Of a stretch of 64,000 nt of DNA, positions 39,764-48,001 are shown piece after piece. The first letter of the stretch is position 1; each line of letters begins with the position of its first letter. The stretch spans positions 64,001 to 128,000 of the IMG/VR virus record IMGVR_UViG_3300035698_004085; one strand, given 5' to 3'. Under the pieces are notes generated by a model. It did no database searches. It was not told where the DNA came from and was given only the letters and a program-made list of their open reading frames with translations. Made by a program: the position numbers and the translations under genes. Source of the stretch: a virus.

Positions 39764-40327
39764 ATGTCGGGAATGACTAAAGCAGAATTGACAAAAGAGC
39801 TGAACCGGGTTAAGAAAGATCTTACGGAGAGTCTTGCCCATATGGGAACTCAGTACGATGAACTTGAAAATCTTACGGAGTTCTGTGATGAGCAGATAGA
39901 GGCTAAAGAAGATATTCAAAGTGAGATTGAGGCTCTTAAAGGAGACTATGTTGCAATGACCCAATATTCGTCAACCAAGGAGGACGAAGTTATTGAGCTA
40001 GAGAAAGAGCTTCAGACTTGGAAGGATCGTGCGTTTACTCAAGAGTTTCTTAGAAAGAACGATAAAGAGAATAAAGATATTGTGGATGCTGAGAGATCTG
40101 CAGCTACGATTAGGTCTACCAAGTATCAGCGTCGGTTGTCGCAAGCTTTGGAAATGTTGGAGATTCTAGCTGATAAAACCAATCATAAGTTTATGCTGTG
40201 TCCTTCTTGCACTTCTGGTGTTCTGTATTCTGAGGGAGATGAGGAGTATGAGGGTCTTAGATCTGCTACTAGAGCTTCTCGTCTTTGTCCTTCTTGTCTA
40301 GCTTCAATGAAGAATCCTTGGGAGTAG
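39764..40327 (+). CDS. Coiled-coil protein with a C-terminal zinc finger
   Basis: CPSC...CPSC; RBS AAGGAG. Confidence 0.6.
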   Translation: MSGMTKAELTKELNRVKKDLTESLAHMGTQYDELENLTEFCDEQIEAKEDIQSEIEALKGDYVAMTQYSSTKEDEVIELEKELQTWKDRAFTQEFLRKNDKENKDIVDAERSAATIRSTKYQRRLSQALEMLEILADKTNHKFMLCPSCTSGVLYSEGDEEYEGLRSATRASRLCPSCLASMKNPWE

Positions 40328-40331
40328 AACT

Positions 40332-40691
40332 ATGGATAAAGTTAATTGTAAAACCTGCGTGTATTATCGATATTGGATTTTGCACTTGTTTAATACTGGT
40401 CATAAGTGTATGGCTACGGAGCTTCCTTCACATTTTGACCCAATTGAAGGGGAAACACGTATGTTTGCAAGTTGCCGAGAAGTTAACGCAACAGGTGAGT
40501 GTAAGAAGTGGGAAGGATACCCTACGATTAATCCTGAGCGTGCGAAGCCTCAACCTTTGAAAGTTATGCGACCCTTAAAAGAAGTTGTTTTCTTCTGTTG
40601 GTTGAGTGATCTGTTCTACCCTTTGACAGAAGGATTTAAGAATACTTGGAAACAAGCTTTTCGAAATAGTGAGGCTGACCTGGATGCCTAA
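40332..40691 (+). CDS. Cys-rich hypothetical protein
   Basis: CKTCVYY..C..C..C. Confidence 0.55.
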   Translation: MDKVNCKTCVYYRYWILHLFNTGHKCMATELPSHFDPIEGETRMFASCREVNATGECKKWEGYPTINPERAKPQPLKVMRPLKEVVFFCWLSDLFYPLTEGFKNTWKQAFRNSEADLDA

Positions 40692-41487
40692 ATCATTCAT
40701 CAAGTGGGCTGGCGGAAAAGCCCAGATGCTTAAGTACATTAAGCCTCTAGTTCCAAAGTTTGACCAATATTATGAGCCATTTGTAGGTGGTGGCGCAGTC
40801 TTTTGGTCAATTTGTCCTGAAGACTATAAGAAGGCTCTTCTAAGCGATTCTAATGGAGAATTGATGACAGCGTACAAGGTTATTAGGGATGACGTAGAAG
40901 ACCTTATAACGTTGCTCAGGAAGTATCCTAATGATAAGGACTTCTTTCTCCAGATGAGAGCTATTATGCCTAATGACCTTGATCCGATTCCCAGGGCAGC
41001 TCGATTTATCTATTTGAATAAGACCTGTTTCAATGGACTTTATAGAGTTAACAAGAGTGGTGGTTTTAACTCCCCCTTTGGTAAGTATAAGAATCCTAAG
41101 ATTTGCGATGAGGATACTTTAAGATCTTGTAATAGAGCTTTGCAAGGGATTGAGCTGACTGCTACGTATTTTCAAAACGTTTTGCCAGAGGTTGAGGGGG
41201 CAAAGTCTTTTGTATATCTTGATCCGCCTTATGTTCCTATTGACAAGACAAGCTTTGTCAGTTATTCTAAAAAGGGATTTGGTCTGGAGCAGCATGAGGA
41301 GCTGGCTAAGATGATTGAAGGGATGGATAAGCGAGGGGTTAAGGTGCTTTTGTCTAATTCTGACACGGAATGGTGTAGAGAAAGATATAAAGGCTTGACA
41401 ATTACCGAGGTTCACGGTAGAAGATCAATTAACTCGAATGGTAAGGGTAGAGGAAACGTTGGAGAATTGTTGATAAGGAATTATTAA
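40684..41487 (+). CDS. dam: DNA adenine methyltransferase (Dam family)
   Basis: KWAGGK, EPFVGGGAV, FNGLYRVN, YLDPPY, ELLI. Confidence 0.93.
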   Translation: MPKSFIKWAGGKAQMLKYIKPLVPKFDQYYEPFVGGGAVFWSICPEDYKKALLSDSNGELMTAYKVIRDDVEDLITLLRKYPNDKDFFLQMRAIMPNDLDPIPRAARFIYLNKTCFNGLYRVNKSGGFNSPFGKYKNPKICDEDTLRSCNRALQGIELTATYFQNVLPEVEGAKSFVYLDPPYVPIDKTSFVSYSKKGFGLEQHEELAKMIEGMDKRGVKVLLSNSDTEWCRERYKGLTITEVHGRRSINSNGKGRGNVGELLIRNY

Positions 41488-41768
41488 AATGAGTAAGCCT
41501 TCTACGTTTAAGGTGGACTGGGAAAATATTAAAGATGACTCTCTTAGTTTTCCTGATCTGAAGTTTGAGGCGTCTAAGAGAGGTCTTATTTGTGAGATCC
41601 TTATTGATCAGAAGAAGTATGTTGGAGAAGATCCAGTAGGCTATGGCTGTTCAAACAGAGCAACTATTAAAATTGGTAGTGGAGACTATGTAGCTTATGC
41701 TTGTAAGAGTTGTTCTGATCTGATTAAGAATGAGTTTGATCGTGTAACTTTTCCTTGGGAGCTATAAA

Positions 41769-42092
41769 ATGAAAAAGCCAACTAGACAACTTATTAATCG
41801 AATGCGAAAAAAGGCTAAGACAAGCCCCTGTAGGTTTAAAATAGTTGCATTTGGCTTTAATCATAAGGGTGAGTGCGTTGCTCAAGAGACAAATGCTTTC
41901 AGGTTTACCAGTAAGGGTGGAGGTTTACATGCCGAGATGGTTGTCATGAAATACGCCCAAAGGAAGAATATTAAAAGCATCTTCATTTTGAGAGTTGGCA
42001 GGGCTGGAGACATTTTGCCAATAGATCCTTGTTCAACGTGTCAAGAAAAAGCTGATGAATTGGGTATTAAGATTACAACGGTAGGAGTTTAA
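41769..42092 (+). CDS. Cytidine deaminase-like zinc protein
   Basis: LHAE...PCSTC. Confidence 0.8.
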   Translation: MKKPTRQLINRMRKKAKTSPCRFKIVAFGFNHKGECVAQETNAFRFTSKGGGLHAEMVVMKYAQRKNIKSIFILRVGRAGDILPIDPCSTCQEKADELGIKITTVGV

Positions 42093-42104
42093 GGAGAGAT
42101 AATT

Positions 42105-42968
42105 ATGAAGGGGATTAAAGCGGTTTATAAGGTTAATCACAACACTTTTGCTTCAGGCGACGTTGGAGGTTCCTCTTACACAGAATTTAAAGTTGGTGAA
42201 ACCTACGAGCTAGAAGGTCCGGTTAAGCTTTGTAATAATGGATTTCACTTTTTCCGAGAGACAGACCTTTGCTTTGGTGTTGACTTTTACAAGCAATATG
42301 CCGGGAATAGTAATAAGGAAACGGTCTTTTTAGAGGTTGAGTCTATAGGAGATATTGATAGCGATACGTATAAGGTATGTACTAACAAACTTAAAATTGT
42401 CCGATATATCCCCAAAAAAGAATGGGGGAAATTGCTGGACAATAAACATAACTCAGGGTTTAATAACTCAGGGGATAGTAACTCAGGGGATAGTAACTCA
42501 GGGGATAGAAACTCAGGGTCTAGTAACTCAGGGAATAGAAACTCAGGGTATAGAAACTCAGGGGGCTATAACTCAGGGGACTATAACTCAGGGGACTATA
42601 ACTCAGGGGACTATAACTCAGGGGACTATAACTCAGGGGACTATAACTCAGGGTATAGAAACTCAGGGGATAGTAACTCAGGGTCTTGTAACTCAGGGAA
42701 CTATAACTCAGGGTCTAGAAACTCAGGGTATTTTAATAGGACTACTCCAACGATTATTAGAGTGTTCGAAAAAGACTGTGACAGAGATATTTGGGACAGG
42801 GCGACTAAGCCTTATTTTTTCCTTATCTTAGATGCTCATGAAAATGGCTATAAAGAAGCGTGGCAAGAGGCTTATAAGACAGCTACTAAAGAGGATAAAG
42901 ATCTTCTTCAAGCTCTTCCGAACTTTGATGCGGAAATCTTTGAAGATATTACTGGAATTAAAATTTAA
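42105..42968 (+). CDS. NSGxx pentapeptide-repeat protein, copy 2
   Basis: Near-identical to 38875-39753; 19 units. Confidence 0.88.
   Translation: MKGIKAVYKVNHNTFASGDVGGSSYTEFKVGETYELEGPVKLCNNGFHFFRETDLCFGVDFYKQYAGNSNKETVFLEVESIGDIDSDTYKVCTNKLKIVRYIPKKEWGKLLDNKHNSGFNNSGDSNSGDSNSGDRNSGSSNSGNRNSGYRNSGGYNSGDYNSGDYNSGDYNSGDYNSGDYNSGYRNSGDSNSGSCNSGNYNSGSRNSGYFNRTTPTIIRVFEKDCDRDIWDRATKPYFFLILDAHENGYKEAWQEAYKTATKEDKDLLQALPNFDAEIFEDITGIKI
42450..42734 (+). repeat. 15-bp tandem repeat AACTCAGGG-N6, 19 units
   Basis: Directly visible. Confidence 0.95.
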
Positions 42969-43189
42969 GGAGAAAAAGGGGAAAGAAGCTTTATTAGGAT
43001 GCTTTGGATAAGTCTTTACACGCTAGGGTTTTTGGTTGTAGGGGTAGTATCTTATAATTCAGCTAAGAAGCATCTTATTTGGGAGAGTGATGCTCACTTG
43101 TTTGCGTTGTTAATGGCTATGCTCAACCCAATTGTATTAATAGTTTGCATTATGATGTTTTTTAAATTTGTGATAACGGAGGTCAAAAG

Positions 43190-43660
43190 ATGAGCTGTAT
43201 AATATTTCCTGAGAATTCCAGGTTAGGTGATAGATTTAAACCGGAAGTAGTTACACCTATTCCTAGGGATTTCTTGATTCAAAAAGGTCAAGATTCTGTT
43301 GGGAACGTTCGTTATTATAGAGAGCTAGACAATGGCAAGACGGAAGTAACTCATTATCAGCTTACTCAACTTCGTAAAAAAGAAGGAAAGATAGATGTTG
43401 GCGATACTGTTCAGTTTGTTATTCACAATGAGTACATTAAAGAGTGGGCTTATTCTCAGGATCGGGTTTCTGGAGAGTTAGTATGGATTCCTGTTGACAG
43501 AGAGCTAAAAGTGAAAGACAAGGGGCTTTATGAAATCGTCTCAATGACTGACCTTCTTTTTGTTCAAGGTTTTGTGGAGTTATGGGGGAAGATCATTTTA
43601 AAACCAATTAACCCAAAGCTTGATACTTCGGAATCCGCTAAGACTGCCACTTCTCTTTAA
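43190..43660 (+). CDS. Hypothetical protein
   Basis: 156-aa ORF, ATGA-coupled. Confidence 0.55.
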   Translation: MSCIIFPENSRLGDRFKPEVVTPIPRDFLIQKGQDSVGNVRYYRELDNGKTEVTHYQLTQLRKKEGKIDVGDTVQFVIHNEYIKEWAYSQDRVSGELVWIPVDRELKVKDKGLYEIVSMTDLLFVQGFVELWGKIILKPINPKLDTSESAKTATSL

Positions 43661-43716
43661 AATCCCTAAACATAGTAAATTATAATCCCTAGAACTTTTA
43701 ACGAAGGAGTTAAATT

Positions 43717-44274
43717 TTGCGAAAATTGATAATTCTGGCTATGACTCTATTTTTGATTATGAGCGCACAGTTGAATGCTAACGCCCCAGCTGGAGCACAA
43801 ACACTTGAACAAGAGGTTGAAGCGGCTATTGCAGCCCTTATCCAGGAGAAGCCTAACCATAGGCTACTAAAAAGCCCTAAGAAGATGAGAGAGATGTCTA
43901 GCGCGGCTATAAGGGCATCTGAGATAACTGGTACTGACTGGAAAGTCTCAATTGTTATTGCGAGATATGAAACATCGTTCCATAAGGAACTGGTAGGAAC
44001 TATTGGCGAGCGAGGAGTTATGCAAGTCTCTCCGTACAGTAAGAGAAGGTGTGCAGAGTACTTAGGAAGAAAGGTAGACTTGAGTAATTTGGATGACCAA
44101 TTTATTTGTGGGAATTTAACGTTTGAGAATGCTTTAGACTTCTGTAAGACGGATGATCTTAAGGAGGGTCTTTCTTATTATGCTACGGGAAAGACGTGTA
44201 AGCCAAAGACTCGGACGCTTAAGTGGATCGTAAGGCGTCGTTATGACAAGATTCAAGAACTTAAAAACCTGTAA
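43717..44274 (+). CDS. Secreted lytic transglycosylase (SLT-like)
   Basis: Signal peptide; IARYETSF catalytic Glu, GERGVMQV, LSYYATG. Confidence 0.8.
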   Translation: MRKLIILAMTLFLIMSAQLNANAPAGAQTLEQEVEAAIAALIQEKPNHRLLKSPKKMREMSSAAIRASEITGTDWKVSIVIARYETSFHKELVGTIGERGVMQVSPYSKRRCAEYLGRKVDLSNLDDQFICGNLTFENALDFCKTDDLKEGLSYYATGKTCKPKTRTLKWIVRRRYDKIQELKNL

Positions 44275-44303
44275 TTTCTTTTCAAACTTTCTTCACATTT
44301 TTG

Positions 44304-44332
44304 TTGACAGACCTTTTTAAAGGTGTTAAGCT
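44304..44332 (+). promoter_or_regulatory. Sigma70-type early promoter
   Basis: TTGACA-N17-TAAGCT with extended TG. Confidence 0.85.
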
Positions 44333-44375
44333 GTTTTTAGACGGTGAGGGAAACACAATTTTTGAAAGGTTAATA

Positions 44376-44762
44376 ATGAAAACTCTCAGAAAACAGCTTA
44401 TCAATTACGAACAGTCTGCGAAGCTAAGGTTAGACCTCGTTAAAGAGGACCTAAAAATTGAGAATGTTAGCTCTCAAGCAATTATGTACTACTTGGGTAG
44501 TCTAATTCACGAGGAAGAGTACTTCAGTCTGATAACGGGTCTTATTGATGCGTTTGATAATGCCGCTATTGCTGGCAAGGAAAGCCTAAAACACTTTTTT
44601 CTGGATCTTATAATTGTAACTAACGATACCATGTGTGAGGCTGGGACGTACGAGGATGATGAAATGAGTATGATGGCGCAGGAGTATAAAAGAGGCGCTA
44701 AAAAAGATTTTATCAGAACGCTTCGTAACCTTGAGTTTCACTCGGATGAAGTAGACTTTTGA
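44376..44762 (+). CDS. Hypothetical early protein
   Basis: ATG after AAAGG, downstream of the promoter. Confidence 0.55.
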   Translation: MKTLRKQLINYEQSAKLRLDLVKEDLKIENVSSQAIMYYLGSLIHEEEYFSLITGLIDAFDNAAIAGKESLKHFFLDLIIVTNDTMCEAGTYEDDEMSMMAQEYKRGAKKDFIRTLRNLEFHSDEVDF

Positions 44763-45066
44763 AAGGGAAGAACAATGGGAATTATAGTAGAAATCATCTT
44801 TTGTCCACTTTTGGCACTTGCTTGGGTGGCTGGCACTCTCTGTTATAGTCTTATTAAAATGTTCAAGAAAGGGTTTTGGAGTTAAAAAATGGAAGTAATT
44901 AACTGTGCAATTTGTGGAAAAGGTCTTAAGCGCTCTGATTTTACCATGACAGATCTGGAGAACGAGAAGAAGGCTGTCTACTATCAATCGTTTGGCGCTG
45001 CTTGTCTGTCGCATAAGGGAGTCGCCAAGATGTTTACTGAGGTTCTCGAAAAAGCTGAAAAAGAAC

Positions 45067-45095
45067 TTGACAAACTAACCTCATAGTGTTAAGCT
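45067..45095 (+). promoter_or_regulatory. Sigma70-type early promoter (overlaps the 3' end of ORF 44889-45086)
   Basis: TTGACA-N17-TAAGCT. Confidence 0.85.
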
Positions 45096-45174
45096 TTATT
45101 CATGGACAGGGAAACCCTCAATCTTCAGAGCATATAACTTTGATCCATAAAGGTCAATAAAGAAGGGATTTAAA

Positions 45175-45456
45175 ATGAAAACGATTATGATTCTGGCGTG
45201 CTTGGTTGCTTCAACGTTGTTTATCACATTTATGGGATGCACTGACAATATGATGGCACGTTCTTGGGGAGGTGAAAGTAACGTTAACCTTCCTTGTGGC
45301 GAGAAGTTGTCAATGGTTACCTGGAAGAACAATGATCTTTGGCTAATGACTCGTGAAATGATGGAGGAAGAGAGTGCGAAAAGTTATAAATTCGCAGAGT
45401 CTTCCTCATGGGGCATGATGGAAGGCCAAATAATTATTAAGGAATGCGTGAAGTAA
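45175..45456 (+). CDS. Putative lipoprotein
   Basis: Signal peptide with lipobox-like FMGC; CTDNMMARSWGG..TWK..LW. Confidence 0.7.
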   Translation: MKTIMILACLVASTLFITFMGCTDNMMARSWGGESNVNLPCGEKLSMVTWKNNDLWLMTREMMEEESAKSYKFAESSSWGMMEGQIIIKECVK

Positions 45457-45735
45457 GATGTTTCAATGGCTTAATAAATGTTGGTTTCATCCACGGAGCA
45501 AATATGAGACAGTGGATACGGCTACTTGCACGATAACTACGTATGACAGTTGGTTTAACAAGAAATTGTACTCGTATCCTGCGGTTATAAAGCTTTGTCG
45601 ATGTAAGAAATGTGGGAAAGAAGCTGCGTTCTATGTTGACGGGTCTGAGTATGAACAAGTCGATGTAGACTATGCTAAGATTAAGCATGGGTTGAAAAGT
45701 CCTGAGAAGGAGAAATAATTTATTTTTAAAATAAG

Positions 45736-45764
45736 TTGACATTCTCAGATTCTTGTGATAATAT
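45736..45764 (+). promoter_or_regulatory. Promoter for the first ncRNA operon
   Basis: TTGACA-N17-TAATAT; boxA-like GATTCTTTGACAA at 45779-45791. Confidence 0.8.
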
Positions 45765-45806
45765 AGTAAATTCGGTTAGATTCTTTGACAATTTAATATT
45801 TTGTTT

Positions 45807-45905
45807 CGGGATGTGGTGGAATTGGTTATACACTCCAGTTGTCTGGTGAGGGATCATCTATAGCGCAGTAGACCCCTTTTTCAAGTTCAAATCTTGGCGT
45901 CCCGA
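45807..45905 (+). ncRNA. tRNA-like RNA A (no canonical anticodon loop, long variable arm)
   Basis: Acceptor CGGGATG/CGTCCCG-A, D arm GTG..CAC, T arm TCAAG-TTCAAAT-CTTGG; anticodon arm CCAG-TTGT-CTGG has only a 4-nt loop. Confidence 0.75.
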
Positions 45906-45916
45906 TAACGTCTCCT

Positions 45917-46010
45917 GGTGATTTATGTTGGATATGGAGGTAGCTCCTCCCATTAGGTTCAATTCCTACCTGTAATGGTATAGAATCAGGTTCAAATCCT
46001 GAAATCACCT
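45917..46010 (+). ncRNA. tRNA-like RNA B with a second internal T-loop hairpin
   Basis: Acceptor GGTGATT/AATCACC, T arm TCAGG-TTCAAAT-CCTGA; internal CCATTA/TAATGG stem around GG-TTCAATT-CC. Confidence 0.65.
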
Positions 46011-46042
46011 TAACGTTGACAGGCAGCGGGAGAAGTTTTTAT

Positions 46043-46199
46043 GCGTGGGTGGCGCAATATACAGACGCACTGGTTATAAAGCTTTGTAAGGGCTGTGTCC
46101 TGGGATGGTTTGCTCTTCAGTTTATCTGGGAGGACAGAGGTTTGACTCCTCACGCATTATAACTAGCTTACATTGTAGGTGAAAACCCTGCCCCACGCT
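46043..46199 (+). ncRNA. tRNA-like RNA C with a ~75-nt structured domain replacing the anticodon loop
   Basis: Acceptor GCGTGGG/CCCACGC, D arm GCG..CGC, 10-bp CTGGTTATAA/TTATAACTAG stem, T arm GTAGG-TGAAAAC-CCTGC. Confidence 0.75.
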
Positions 46200-46208
46200 C
46201 AATTTTAT

Positions 46209-46563
46209 GGGCTTGACTTGGATTCGACTTTTGTTAATGAAGCGTACGATGCATGTTCCGCTTTTATTAGTCAGCGGGTTAAAAAGGCTTTTAAATTATA
46301 GTTGACGAAGACTATTACGAAATGGCAGAAGCGGCTTAAACCCCTCTGTCCGTCAATACTAGGGAGTGCTACATAACTAGTTGCGGCGTCATTTTTGTGG
46401 CTCGCTTGTTGCGTAGGTAATTGGGCAAAACAAGTTAAAAATACCATTTGCAAACCTGGAGAATGACTTCTAATAAGTTCTTCAGGTAGCCTGATTAGGA
46501 AAAGCATGTAACGAATTGTATGCGGAGAACAAAAACACGGGGGATCGAAACCCCCCAAGTCCA
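46209..46563 (+). ncRNA. ssrA: tmRNA; tag (A)DEDYYEMAEAA
   Basis: 5' GGGCTTGA..GGATTCGAC; acceptor GGGCTTG/CAAGTCC-A with G3.U70; T arm; resume context ATAGTT-GAC; tag ORF 46304-46339 ending AA-stop. Confidence 0.93.
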
Positions 46564-46744
46564 CAAGTAGCTGATTTTATTAGCTTAAAAGGACTTTAAG
46601 CTGGTTAGTGATTGACCTAAAGATCCTCATAAGTAAGGACGCTAAAGCGACCTTCAACCAGTAGTATCTCAGTACGCTAATGAATCACGGAATAAGGAGT
46701 TTCAGGGCTTTTACCTTATTCTGAATCTTTTAAAGCCCATTTTC

Positions 46745-46817
46745 GACCACTTAGCTCAGCTGGTAGAGCATTTGTTTGTTAAATAAAAGGTCAAAGGTTC
46801 AACTCCTTTAGTGGTCG
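46745..46817 (+). tRNA. tRNA-Asn(GTT)
   Basis: Full cloverleaf; loop TT-GTT-AA; discriminator G. Confidence 0.88.
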
Positions 46818-46942
46818 CAGCTCACCTGCCATGCGTAGGAGGAGTATCGAGATCGTCAGGCTTGGGAAGTCCACTGGCGCTCTTAGCAAAATCCTATCTA
46901 CCTAGTGTAGAAAAGGCTAGGACGATGTTTTGCAACGTCCTC

Positions 46943-47104
46943 GTAAACAAGTTCTTTGTAATGATGGGGCAAAGTAGGGTAAAGCTGCCTGAAAACGTCT
47001 CCCAAAGTCTGTTCGCGGCAGATGTTCGTGAGTTCGAATCTCACCCCTTAGCAGTGCGTTGGGGGTTCACACGAGGAATGTGGCTTTACAAAGTTCTTGT
47101 TTAC
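46943..47104 (+). ncRNA. Circularly permuted tRNA mimic (Y RNA/YrlA-like architecture)
   Basis: Terminal stem GTAAACAAG-TT-CTTTGTAA / TTACAAAG-TT-CTTGTTTAC enclosing T arm, closed acceptor-like hairpin and D-like arm in that order; T tract follows. Confidence 0.7.
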
Positions 47105-47124
47105 ATTTTTTAAAGGAGGAAATT

Positions 47125-47447
47125 ATGAGTATAGACTACCATACCTGCCCAGTTTGTGGTTCAATCTTACCTGGAAGAAAACTTCATTTTGTGATCATAA
47201 ATGTCTTAGAGACTTCTATATGAAAACAGACTGGAGCAGAGTTAGGAAAGTAGTTTATGCTAGGGATGGTGGGATTTGTATGATTTGTGGTCTTCCTATA
47301 AAGGGGACTTATCATGTAGACCATATTATGCCTTTGGTCAAGGGAGGTGATGAATGGGATTTAGAGAACCTTCAATTGTCTTGTCCTACTTGTAACTTAA
47401 AAAAAGGAACTAAGCTTGTTTCTTCTAACAAAAAGGAGATGGACTAA
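47125..47447 (+). pseudogene. HNH endonuclease interrupted by a -1 frameshift at 47178-47181
   Basis: RBS GGAGG-ATG 47125 MSIDYHTCPVCGSILPGRK continues in the -1 frame as TSFCDHKC..RDGGICMICG..HVDHIMP..NLQLSCPTCN. Confidence 0.7.
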
Positions 47448-47684
47448 TGTCTACTGGAGATTTTGACGATAACTACTATAAAAAGCATTTTGGTAATGCT
47501 ATTTACGTGTCTCCTTTACTACCTGAGACGGTACCAGAACCCTGGGTAGAGCTTATTAAGGCTTTAGAAGAGCGTATAGACGCCTTAGAGAAGAAGGTGG
47601 AGTCTCACGAGAAGCTTAATTCCAGTACAAGAACTAGCAATAGTCTTCATACTCCATTATTCGGAAATTAAATTAAAAAAGAAC

Positions 47685-47713
47685 TTGACAACTCAGCTTT
47701 TAAGTGTTATGCT
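47685..47713 (+). promoter_or_regulatory. Sigma70-type early promoter
   Basis: TTGACA-N17-TATGCT. Confidence 0.85.
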
Positions 47714-47756
47714 TTCTTTAATGGATGAGGGAACATTCAACGAAAGGGAAAGTAAG

Positions 47757-47948
47757 ATGGCTACTGAGTTTAGCGTAGGTGACTCGGTTATTGCAATTGG
47801 GCTTGGGAATAAGAGTGGAGAGATTCTTAGTATTGGTGGGTCTTCTACTTATCCCGTTTACATTGTTGATCTGGGTTTGTCGCATTTAGGAATTAAGCCT
47901 GTTCAACTTTTGTCAGAAGAATTAGAAAAAGAACTTGACAACTCCTGA
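47757..47948 (+). CDS. Small SH3/KOW-like protein
   Basis: FSVGDSV..GEIL..YIVDL. Confidence 0.55.
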   Translation: MATEFSVGDSVIAIGLGNKSGEILSIGGSSTYPVYIVDLGLSHLGIKPVQLLSEELEKELDNS

Positions 47949-47963
47949 AAAAGGGAGTAAGCT
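47935..47963 (+). promoter_or_regulatory. Promoter for the second ncRNA operon
   Basis: TTGACA-N17-TAAGCT; boxA-like GGTTCATTGATAA at 47985-47997. Confidence 0.8.
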
Positions 47964-48001
47964 AGTATGTAGAGATTGAGAAACGGTTCATTGATAATTG
48001 A

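Noticed and set aside
38875-42968. Diversity-generating retroelement (TR/VR pair)
   Set aside because: Differences are not adenine-specific, the AAC codons are the invariant part, both copies are full genes, and no reverse transcriptase is in the window
45826-47113. ORF-track entries over the RNA island (45826-46008, 46271-46564, 46811-47113; also 51055-51249)
   Set aside because: They overlap tRNA, tmRNA or structured RNA genes and lack RBS and protein-like features
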